From an uncultured Candidatus Saccharibacteria bacterium (GTDB taxonomy: Bacteria; Patescibacteriota; Saccharimonadia; CAILAD01; BJGX01), in NCBI GenBank assembly GCA_964425715.1, contig CAYRNO010000002.1, positions 5,443-69,442 of the forward strand: 64,000 nucleotides of DNA, read 5' to 3'. How positions within the stretch are numbered: the first letter of the stretch is position 1; each line of letters opens with the position of its first letter. This document shows, piece after piece, positions 36,349-43,430 of this stretch. The notes under the pieces are model-generated. The model saw only the letters and a list, made by a program, of their open reading frames with translations. It did not search any database and had not been told where the DNA came from. Both the position numbers and the translations under genes were made by a program.

Positions 36349-38070
36349 ATGGCCCTACGAAGCGAAGTAAGTTCCCCGGTCTTTCAAGAGGCTACTGAAG
36401 TCGTACGTCCAGATATTACTGAGAGATTAGTGCAGGAAGGCTCTCTGGCGCGACTGAGTGATATACATGAGTTGTGGCATGGTAGAAAAAACGGAACAGG
36501 TGAGCATTGGAAGGTAGGTCCATTTCATGATTCAAAGGGTTCACATAATGTGTATAGCTATACTTTTTATGCCACTCCACATCGAGAAGACGCTGAAGCT
36601 TTTGCCAGGGTCAGATCTGGCTCAAGGCCACAGGATGCCACTGTAGAGCAAATAAAAGCGATAGACAGAGAAAGATTTGTAGTACGTAGCAATTGTTCAC
36701 CTGAAGAAGGTCAAAGATTGGTAGCGGACATCTCTCTGACAGAAGGTTTGCCAGTGGAGTCAGACAAGCCTTGGCAATCACTTGCTGCAAATTATATAGA
36801 GACCACCATCGCTCAGGCCCTACAGATTAATAACACCCACTATATCTCTCGTGATAAAAATACACTACAAACTATTCGTGAAACTTCACTTTACTATAAG
36901 CCTAAAGATGTTGAGTTGTCGGATTGGAACAAAGCTATAGACAGGTATATACAGGCGTTCAATAGTAGACAATTGATAGCAGATGGTAGAATAGCTGATG
37001 CTGGTGTTGTATTTCTGACAGATAGACCACCAGTAGCAAGCATCCAAGGCCCGAATACCAAGAAAAAACTAAACGTTGCTCTATCCAAGAGCTTTTTATT
37101 GGAAACATTTAGAAGAGCACATATATCTGGTATACAGTCAGATTTTCATAGTGGCAATCTGGGTAGAGGTATCAAAGACGTAGTTGCATTGTGGGATGTA
37201 AGTGCCATTCAGCAAATCGAAGCTCGAGAAAGTCTAGAGGATCTGCAGTCATCGATGCTCAAAGGATTTGAAGGATTCTTCTCAGAATTTAGTACTATCA
37301 CCAACCCTCACGCTAGAGCTGAAAAGCCAAGCGTACCCGCTAGCTTCAAAGATGTATTTGATAAACTCAACAAATTCGAGACGATACTCGATGCAGATGG
37401 CGCCATGAGACTGAGAAATGTCTTACAAGATTACTACAGTTCACCAGAGCACATCATCGCCACAGCCAAGGAAGTCTCGCCTGATCTTAAGCTACTACTA
37501 GAGTCTAGCACTGGTACCTGGGAAGGCTATACCTTAGAAGAACATACCGAGGCAGTACTGGGTATGTTTGAGCGATACTATGCCAGCAAAGTTCCGGCCG
37601 AAATAGTTGGATTTATCAAGACTTTTCTATTCATGCAAGATGTCGGTAAGTCGCTGTGCGTGGCGATTGATGGTAATAAACAACGTCAAGCTCTATACAA
37701 TAGCTTTGTAGCTGAGAAATTGCTCTTGCAAATGGGTTATCGCAAAGAAACAGTTGAGCTGATGCTATCGATGATGGGTGAGGGCAGCGATCTAGTTACT
37801 AGTGTCCATGTAAGTAAGTCCAAACAATCAGAGCTGTTGAAGTACAGTAGAGATATAGCATCTGGCATATTGTCTAAACCTGCCAACAAGAATCAAGCAG
37901 GTCTGTTTGCAGCTATATTACGTGTCACTCAGATCTGTGACGGAAGTGCTTATACTCAGCACGCTAGATACCATAAGGATGGAGCTATGATAAGAGCTCA
38001 GAGATCATTTGACAGTAGTTTTGATGTAGCTAATCGCAGTAGTGCTATTAGGATCAAGCAACCAAAATAA
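36349..38070 (+). CDS. 573-aa hypothetical protein; possible N-terminal ART-like (H-Y-E) module and C-terminal degenerate HD-like domain
   Basis: The ORF is tightly packed behind the two small genes. N-terminal features are ELWHG (H44), YSYTFYAT (69-76) and RERFVV (E108). C-terminal features are LEEHTEAVL (H399) and FMQDVGK (Q430-D431 where HD domains have H-D). The domain calls are low-confidence pattern matches. Confidence 0.65.
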   Translation: MALRSEVSSPVFQEATEVVRPDITERLVQEGSLARLSDIHELWHGRKNGTGEHWKVGPFHDSKGSHNVYSYTFYATPHREDAEAFARVRSGSRPQDATVEQIKAIDRERFVVRSNCSPEEGQRLVADISLTEGLPVESDKPWQSLAANYIETTIAQALQINNTHYISRDKNTLQTIRETSLYYKPKDVELSDWNKAIDRYIQAFNSRQLIADGRIADAGVVFLTDRPPVASIQGPNTKKKLNVALSKSFLLETFRRAHISGIQSDFHSGNLGRGIKDVVALWDVSAIQQIEARESLEDLQSSMLKGFEGFFSEFSTITNPHARAEKPSVPASFKDVFDKLNKFETILDADGAMRLRNVLQDYYSSPEHIIATAKEVSPDLKLLLESSTGTWEGYTLEEHTEAVLGMFERYYASKVPAEIVGFIKTFLFMQDVGKSLCVAIDGNKQRQALYNSFVAEKLLLQMGYRKETVELMLSMMGEGSDLVTSVHVSKSKQSELLKYSRDIASGILSKPANKNQAGLFAAILRVTQICDGSAYTQHARYHKDGAMIRAQRSFDSSFDVANRSSAIRIKQPK

Positions 38071-38101
38071 AGTATTTATAAAAGCTTAAGGTTAGTAGTT
38101 A

Positions 38102-38130
38102 TTGACAAATTATCTGTTTTGTAGTAGACT
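38102..38130 (+). promoter_or_regulatory. sigma70-type promoter (TTGACA-17-TAGACT) in the AT-rich spacer ahead of the first GC-rich gene
   Basis: TTGACA at 38102-38107, a 17-nt spacer and TAGACT at 38125-38130, followed by GGAGGGAGG-N9-GTG 38223. Confidence 0.5.
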
Positions 38131-38222
38131 CTTTCGTGACGAGATAGTGTGGAGTAATCCCGCTGTCCGTAGATGTTTCCAACTACTACCCGCCAGAATA
38201 TGGCGGAGGGAGGTCACTTTAA

Positions 38223-39614
38223 GTGACGACCGACGAACAAGTCGATCGCAAGATCGACGCGGCCGACGAAGAGCCGCAGCCTCGCACCGACTTGGGTGCG
38301 CAGTGGACCGCTTGGCAGCTGGCCGAGCGGTACAACCTGTGCATGCAGGCCAACGGTGTGGAGATGACGGAGTTCACCTGGCAGGAGATCCTGATGCTGG
38401 ACGGCTACCGCCGAAGTGGCATCGAACTCCGGTGCCTCGACGACGTCGAGCAGCATTCCGAACTTCTCGGTCCGAACACCAAGGTCGAGAAGAAGAAGGT
38501 GAAGGCTGCGCTCAAGCGGGCCAATGACCCGCGTGGGCTGTACATCGAGGCTCCGCAGGCCAAGATCGACGCTCTCACCAACCCGCCTGTCACGGCGGAC
38601 GACGAGAGCGACGACGACATCGACGGTGAACACGCTGTCGACACCACCGCCAGCTCTTCGGAGCCGTTGGTGGTCGAGCCGGAGCCGCAAGATGACCCCG
38701 ATGACCTCGGTGTCGGTGAGTACCTGGACGAACTGCTGGATCGTGACTGGTCCCAGATCGACACGTGGCTCAACGAGCGTGTCCAGCAGTTCAAGGAGCG
38801 CAACTTCGATCCGAAGGAGCCGAACGACACTGTGAGCGCTCTTCGTACCGAGATCGCCGATCTCGAGGTGGAGTTCGCTCGCCTGCTGCTGTTCGAGCTG
38901 GCTGCCCCGAGCGATCAGCTGTTCCCGGACTACCGCTCCAAGCTGCGGCAGACCCTCCTGCTGGAGGAGCTGCTCAAGCACGACGAGCGGTACATGGAGA
39001 TCATGAGCTCCGGCGAGCAGTCGGATGTCGACAACCTGCCCTTCCGGGCAGGCCAGGCAGCGCGTGCGCTGACCTATGGCAACCGCCGCCTGAACGAGGG
39101 CGATGACTATGAGGGTCGGGATCAGCTCCCGATCATCAGCTTCGTCGACGAGCGCAGGGGCAGGAACGCACCGGCCGACACGAGCAACTCGGATGAGCCG
39201 GAGGAAACCCCTCCGACAACCCCCGACGAGCCCGAGCCGCCCGAAGCCTCTGAGCCCCCCGTGGGTGAGGATGTGGACGATGAGCCCGAGCTCGATCTGG
39301 TGCTCGTCGACCCACCGGTCGACACGAGCAACTCGGATGAGCCGGAGGAGACCCCTCCGACGACCCCCGACGAGCCCGAACCGACCACTGTCGTCGTGAT
39401 CGAGCCCCCGGCCCCCGAGCCGGTGGTGGGCATCGCCGATGTCGAGCCCGAGCCGCCCGAAGCCTCTGAGCCCCCCGTGGGTGAGGATGTGGACGATGAG
39501 CCCGAGCTCAATGACGTCGACGACGACAGCGAGCTCCTCGCGGAACTCGACGGCCTGCTCACCAGCGGACGAGCGCGAGTCGCCGAGATGGCAGAGCTGG
39601 GTTTCACGGCCTGA
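38223..39614 (+). CDS. GC-rich gene 1: 463-aa highly acidic protein with duplicated Pro/Glu/Asp modules
   Basis: GTG start with a strong SD. 15 of the first 20 codons end in G/C, and G+C is 38/60 at 38223-38282. A 12-bp hairpin lies just downstream. The antisense 487-aa ORF is R/G/L-rich nonsense. No family recognised. Confidence 0.7.
   Translation: MTTDEQVDRKIDAADEEPQPRTDLGAQWTAWQLAERYNLCMQANGVEMTEFTWQEILMLDGYRRSGIELRCLDDVEQHSELLGPNTKVEKKKVKAALKRANDPRGLYIEAPQAKIDALTNPPVTADDESDDDIDGEHAVDTTASSSEPLVVEPEPQDDPDDLGVGEYLDELLDRDWSQIDTWLNERVQQFKERNFDPKEPNDTVSALRTEIADLEVEFARLLLFELAAPSDQLFPDYRSKLRQTLLLEELLKHDERYMEIMSSGEQSDVDNLPFRAGQAARALTYGNRRLNEGDDYEGRDQLPIISFVDERRGRNAPADTSNSDEPEETPPTTPDEPEPPEASEPPVGEDVDDEPELDLVLVDPPVDTSNSDEPEETPPTTPDEPEPTTVVVIEPPAPEPVVGIADVEPEPPEASEPPVGEDVDDEPELNDVDDDSELLAELDGLLTSGRARVAEMAELGFTA
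39177..39509 (+). repeat. intragenic duplicated modules (A: 39177-39235 / 39321-39379 near-identical; B: 39228-39293 / 39444-39509 identical 66-mers)
   Basis: Direct comparison of the sequence lines. Module A encodes DTSNSDEPEETPPTTPDEPEP and module B encodes EPEPPEASEPPVGEDVDDEPEL. Confidence 0.9.
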
Positions 39615-39630
39615 CACTGCCGAGAGGTTT

Positions 39631-39660
39631 CTTTGGAGGGGGAGCAATCCCCCTCCAAAG
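39631..39660 (+). terminator. 12-bp GC-rich hairpin after GC-rich gene 1 (no U-tract)
   Basis: CTTTGGAGGGGG (39631-39642) pairs with CCCCCTCCAAAG (39649-39660), with loop AGCAAT. Confidence 0.55.
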
Positions 39661-39768
39661 GAGCTGTAATTTAACAATTTATGAGTATCATCTGAAGCCG
39701 AATAGACATAGATTCGACTTCTGTAGTACCCATAAACCCAACCAAGCCAACCGACCTAGGAGGTCAAC

Positions 39769-40455
39769 ATGGCACAGTCAGATATCAACCAGAGGGTCGC
39801 GGAGATCCTCCGCGAACACGACAGACTCCACGGAGCGCACGCCGGCGTCGCCCGGCAGGTCGTGGATCACGAGGGTCGCCTCGCTGGTGTTCGCACCGAC
39901 GTCGATAGCGTCACGGACCGCGTCAACGAGCTCCTCGCCGACGACGGCCGCATCGCCCAGCAGGACGAGGCGATCGTCGCGGTGACCACGGAGTTCCGAG
40001 ATCACCGGGTCGAGGCCAGGCGTCGCCTGCTCGATCTCGAGTCGTGGCGCAACCGCGTCGACGGCAACTTCCCCTGGCTCCACTGGGGAGGAATCACCTC
40101 TTTGGGCTTCATGATCAGCATGCTGTTCTGGCGCACCGTGATGTACGCCTGGAACTGGCATCCCTGGCTGGAGGACCGTGGCGGGGCCAACTGGTGGGAG
40201 AACAACCAGACCGGTGTGCTCAACGCCCACTGGTGGGTGCTGGTGATCGCCAGCACCATCATCATCTCGGCCATCGCCTGGGCACTGCTGCCGCGTCAGC
40301 CACGTGACAACGGAGCGGGCAACAACGCCGACGCCAACGCCGATCAGACGGCCCAGGCGGACCGTGTCGGTCCCCTCGGGCCAGTCGGTACACCACCGCC
40401 ACCCCCGACCCCGCCTCCCGGCGTCAACACCGAGCAGCTCGCCGCGCAGCGGTAG
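39769..40455 (+). CDS. GC-rich gene 2: 228-aa coiled-coil plus two-TM membrane protein with poly-Pro tail
   Basis: AGGAGG-N5-ATG. High GC3. The N-terminal region is helical, the TM segments are ITSLGFMISMLFWRTVMYAW and WWVLVIASTIIISAIAWALL, and the tail is GTPPPPPTPPPGV. Confidence 0.7.
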   Translation: MAQSDINQRVAEILREHDRLHGAHAGVARQVVDHEGRLAGVRTDVDSVTDRVNELLADDGRIAQQDEAIVAVTTEFRDHRVEARRRLLDLESWRNRVDGNFPWLHWGGITSLGFMISMLFWRTVMYAWNWHPWLEDRGGANWWENNQTGVLNAHWWVLVIASTIIISAIAWALLPRQPRDNGAGNNADANADQTAQADRVGPLGPVGTPPPPPTPPPGVNTEQLAAQR

Positions 40456-40473
40456 AAGTTCGGTGGAAGCCGT

Positions 40474-40499
40474 CCTGGGGGAACGCAAGTTCCCCCAGG
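40474..40499 (+). terminator. 11-bp hairpin with GCAA loop after GC-rich gene 2
   Basis: CCTGGGGGAAC-GCAA-GTTCCCCCAGG. Confidence 0.55.
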
Positions 40500-40520
40500 A
40501 TGTGCTACTATCCTTATAGG

Positions 40521-40549
40521 TTGTAACTATTAGTAAGTTCTAATATAGT
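40521..40549 (+). promoter_or_regulatory. sigma70-type promoter (TTGTAA-17-TATAGT) ahead of GC-rich gene 3
   Basis: TTGTAA at 40521-40526, a 17-nt spacer and TATAGT at 40544-40549, in an AT-rich spacer. The ~85-nt leader contains mutually exclusive hairpins. Confidence 0.5.
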
Positions 40550-40640
40550 GACTTTTTCACTTTCTTGCCTTTGAAAGTGGAGAAGTGTTCTGTATTCGAA
40601 AGGCAATCCAATTCACGAACCCCAGAAAGGGGGTAGTACC

Positions 40641-41633
40641 TTGAACACCACCAGAGACAGAATGTCTGCGGCGATGATCGTCATCGCCGGAGCGCTGGGT
40701 CTGTTGCTGCTTCTGAGCGGGCTGGGAGTGATCCCCGTTGGGGCCAACCCCGGTCCGGAAGATCGGTGCCAAGGCGCCGAGGCCAAGTTCTACGCCTACC
40801 AGGCACGGAGCAACGGCCAGTTCGGTCCCGCCGTCACCACGGACAACGTCCAGGAGGCCGTTGCCGAGCTGTACTCGCGCATGGACTGCGACCCACTGCT
40901 TGCAGTGGTGATCGCGGCCGACGTGAGTGGTCAGTGGGGCAACGATGTCCAGCTGTACAACTACGCACAACGGATCCTGCGGGATCGGCAGGCGTGGGAT
41001 GCACTCGTGGCTCGCACTCGTGCGATCCTCGACCAGTGCAACCCGGTCTTCCGGACACGGTCGAACCGCTACATGACACTGGGGATGCACCGCGGTGCCA
41101 ACCCACAGATCATGCCAACGCTCTTCCAGGTGAGCCCCGACCGGCCCACCTTCCGAACGTTGGAGTTCGACTGCGGTGGTGGTCGCGTGGTGGTGCTGAA
41201 GCTGGATTGCGGGTTCCAGCCCGTGCATCCTTTCTTCAGCCTCATCTCGACCACGCCTGCGAACCCCGGTAGCACCCCGAGCATCAGTCCTCCCGGTACG
41301 CCGCCGACTTCGCCGCCGCCGACGTGGACGGTTCCGCCGACCACACCGCCACCGACGACACCGACGACGACACCGCCAACGACGGTGCCTCCGGGTTGCC
41401 CGACGGGACCGGACGGCTGCAAGCCGCCAATCCCACCGACACCGGCAACTTGCAACTTGCCGGACGACCTGTGCCATGGCGGCACAGGACCTCCGACACC
41501 GCGCCCGCCCGCTACGGTGCAGCCGACGCCGACGGTGGCACCGCCACCGGCACCGCCACCTCCTCCGGTGTACACGGTGCCCGGCCCGGACCCGACCACT
41601 CCGGTCACATCACCCTCAGGGGTGCCTGACTGA
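40641..41633 (+). CDS. GC-rich gene 3: 330-aa signal-anchored/secreted Cys-containing protein with long Pro/Thr-rich tail
   Basis: AAGGGGG-N7-TTG. The N-terminal hydrophobic segment is MSAAMIVIAGALGLLLLLSGLGVIPVGA. A ~190-aa domain with 6 Cys follows. The tail is PT-rich (TPPTSPPPTWTVPPTTPPPTTPTTTPPTTVPP...). Confidence 0.7.
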   Translation: MNTTRDRMSAAMIVIAGALGLLLLLSGLGVIPVGANPGPEDRCQGAEAKFYAYQARSNGQFGPAVTTDNVQEAVAELYSRMDCDPLLAVVIAADVSGQWGNDVQLYNYAQRILRDRQAWDALVARTRAILDQCNPVFRTRSNRYMTLGMHRGANPQIMPTLFQVSPDRPTFRTLEFDCGGGRVVVLKLDCGFQPVHPFFSLISTTPANPGSTPSISPPGTPPTSPPPTWTVPPTTPPPTTPTTTPPTTVPPGCPTGPDGCKPPIPPTPATCNLPDDLCHGGTGPPTPRPPATVQPTPTVAPPPAPPPPPVYTVPGPDPTTPVTSPSGVPD

Positions 41634-41686
41634 GGGTGGTATCCCAGGGCTTCGACTTCGGTCGAGACCCTGGAAGCCTCGATTCT

Positions 41687-41738
41687 CGGGTGCTCGTTCT
41701 CCTCACGGAGAGCGGGCACCCGGTCTCGGGGTGTTTTT
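41687..41738 (+). terminator. intrinsic terminator closing the GC-rich cassette
   Basis: CGGGTGC (41687-41693) pairs with GCACCCG (41716-41722), with an inner stem, then TTTTT at 41734-41738. It is preceded by a UUCG-looped hairpin at 41644-41673. Confidence 0.6.
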
Positions 41739-41886
41739 GATTAGAGCAAAAAACTATTCAAATTTATCAGATAAATATTGACAATAAGCATAAGTACTTA
41801 TACAACAAAATTATTACGACAATCTGTAATGAAAATATACGAATTTAACATAATATATTTAACCATAAAAAGTACTCCCAAAAGCA

Positions 41887-41915
41887 TTGACATAAGAATC
41901 ATGATATGATATGAT
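41887..41915 (+). promoter_or_regulatory. sigma70-type promoter (TTGACA-17-TATGAT) of the LPXTG surface-protein gene
   Basis: TTGACA at 41887-41892, a 17-nt spacer and TATGAT at 41910-41915. A weaker TTGACA-17-TACAAC lies at 41778-41806. Confidence 0.6.
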
Positions 41916-42037
41916 ACTCACCAGAACAGAAAAGTTACTTAAAAATTAAATATATCTGAATGAACTGCGCTTATTTCTTTTGGAAAGCTGTTGTACTTAA
42001 CAAATTAACTTAAACATCTTTTAAAAGGAGGTAGCTT

Positions 42038-43351
42038 ATGAAACTTACTACCAAAATCGGCCTAGGTGCCATGGCAGCTCTTGTGGCTGTGATAGTTCCT
42101 ATGATGGCTTTTGCCGGATGGTATCCCGATCGTCCTACCAAAAAATGGGATGGTCCATTGACCACAGGCTTTGACCATGTACAATTCAACTCGTTTTACA
42201 ATACTCCAATGTATGGTAATGAGACTGAATTTTTTGATGGTAAACAAACCGGACAAGGTCCGTTTTATGACAATATCAACGTAACAGTTGGCCAAGAAAT
42301 AACCTTGCGAACTTATGTTCACAACGGCGCAGACCCAAGTCTAAACAGTGCAGCAAATAACTATCGAGGAATAGCTCGAAATACCAAAGTAAAAGTTGGT
42401 TTGCCAGCTGGATTTGGTACCAAGATGAATGCAGTAAGTCAAGTGTCAGCTGACAATGCCCAACCAGGCAGTGTGTTTGACACAGTAGACTTCACTAGTG
42501 CAAATGGTACACCTTTCAAAGTGAGTTATGTACCGGGATCGGCTTATGCCAGTACCCATAGTGTTACTCAAATGCCACTTAGCGACAGTATAGTTACTAC
42601 AGGTGCATTGATAGGCGAAACAGCTCCAGACGGTAATGTACCAGGATGTTTTCAATATGCTAGCTACGTAGTGATAAAAGTAAAAGTAGAAGCTGTACCA
42701 CTCAAGATAGAAAAATCTGTAGGATTTCCAAAACAGACTTTCCAACAACAAGTTGAAGCCAAAGCTGGTGATCGTCTATACTTCAAGATAGACTTCAAAA
42801 ACCAAGGTACTGACAAGATGAATAATGTGGTAATAACTGACAAGTTGCCATCACAATTTGAACTCTTGCCAGGAACAGTCAAGCTTTACAACTCAACTTA
42901 CCCTGAAGGTCATTTGATACCTGATGGAGCGTTGTTCACGGCAGGTGGAGTAGGCGTAGGTAACTATGCCGCTGGAATCAATGGATATATCTTATTCCAG
43001 GTAAAGGTTAAAGATGAAGCCAAAGGATTGCTAACCAACGTTGCTTGTGTCCGTTCGACCGAAGTGCCTTACGACACTTGTGATGATGCCAAAGTAACCA
43101 CACCAGAACCACCTAAGCCACAGGAATGTTTACCAGGAATACCAGTAGGAGATTCACGTTGTAACCCAACACCTCCTCCAACTCCTGAAACACCTGTTAC
43201 TGAAGTACCAGCTGGAACATTGCCTGATACAGGTCTTGAGTCTGGATTGAGCGCAATGCTTGGCATGACCACCCTGAGCGCAGGTATACACGCTTACCGA
43301 AAAAGCAAAAAAGCTGCAAAAGATGTAGTACTTAGCAAGAATCGAAAATAA
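42038..43351 (+). CDS. LPXTG-anchored surface protein with DUF11-like repeat domain
   Basis: Strong SD AAAGGAGG and signal peptide KIGLGAMAALVAVIVPMMAFA. A DUF11/conserved-repeat-like stretch is present (AGDRLYFKIDFKNQGTDKMNNVVITDKLPSQFELLPGTVKL). The C-terminal sorting signal is LPDTG plus a hydrophobic stretch plus RKSKKAAK. Confidence 0.85.
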   Translation: MKLTTKIGLGAMAALVAVIVPMMAFAGWYPDRPTKKWDGPLTTGFDHVQFNSFYNTPMYGNETEFFDGKQTGQGPFYDNINVTVGQEITLRTYVHNGADPSLNSAANNYRGIARNTKVKVGLPAGFGTKMNAVSQVSADNAQPGSVFDTVDFTSANGTPFKVSYVPGSAYASTHSVTQMPLSDSIVTTGALIGETAPDGNVPGCFQYASYVVIKVKVEAVPLKIEKSVGFPKQTFQQQVEAKAGDRLYFKIDFKNQGTDKMNNVVITDKLPSQFELLPGTVKLYNSTYPEGHLIPDGALFTAGGVGVGNYAAGINGYILFQVKVKDEAKGLLTNVACVRSTEVPYDTCDDAKVTTPEPPKPQECLPGIPVGDSRCNPTPPPTPETPVTEVPAGTLPDTGLESGLSAMLGMTTLSAGIHAYRKSKKAAKDVVLSKNRK

Positions 43352-43381
43352 CTAAGTAACAATTCTTAAAAGCTACAAATT

Positions 43382-43414
43382 GACCCCAATGATAATTTAT
43401 CAAGGGGTCTTTTT
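43382..43414 (+). terminator. intrinsic terminator after the LPXTG gene
   Basis: GACCCC (43382-43387) pairs with GGGGTC (43404-43409), followed by TTTTT. Confidence 0.65.
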
Positions 43415-43430
43415 GTATTATGCAGTTTTG

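Noticed and set aside
38102-38527. A 141-aa plus-strand ORF beginning at TTG 38102.
   Set aside because: Its 'start codon' is the TTG of the TTGACA -35 hexamer. The product is Arg-rich out-of-frame sequence of GC-rich gene 1.
39177-39509. The duplicated modules considered as a DGR template/variable-repeat pair.
   Set aside because: The copies are identical or differ at only two positions. The differences are not adenine-specific, and no reverse transcriptase or accessory gene lies nearby.
38214-39677. A 487-aa minus-strand ORF, with further overlapping ORFs at 38405-38830, 38524-38835, 38765-39106, 39103-39399 and 39122-39658, covering GC-rich gene 1.
   Set aside because: The translations are R/G/L/S-rich and repetitive, as expected for the wrong frames of high-GC DNA. 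The plus-strand 38223 frame has the G/C-ending codons, the SD plus GTG start and the downstream hairpin.
39778-41719. Minus-strand ORFs of 236 aa (39778-40488), 306 aa (40557-41477) and 216 aa (41069-41719), plus several alternative plus-frame ORFs across GC-rich genes 2 and 3.
   Set aside because: The same reasoning applies. They have Arg/Gly/Pro-rich nonsense composition and no SD. The 306-aa ORF would run through the AT-rich promoter spacer. The plus-strand genes have an SD, sensible signal or TM segments and terminators.
38071-41760. Explaining the GC-rich block as a metagenome mis-assembly (chimera with an actinobacterial contig).
   Set aside because: This is not fully excluded without reads, but it is unlikely. 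AT-rich spacers with host-genome-style structure alternate with GC-rich ORFs three times. Two of these spacers carry TTGACA-type promoters. The block is flanked on both sides by genes of the AT-rich genome in one continuous gene order.
33164-43430. The island considered as an integrated mobile element or prophage.
   Set aside because: I saw no integrase, recombinase, transposase, phage structural gene, flanking tRNA or terminal direct/inverted repeats. Only the compositional and synteny arguments remain, so I describe it as an island of unknown origin.
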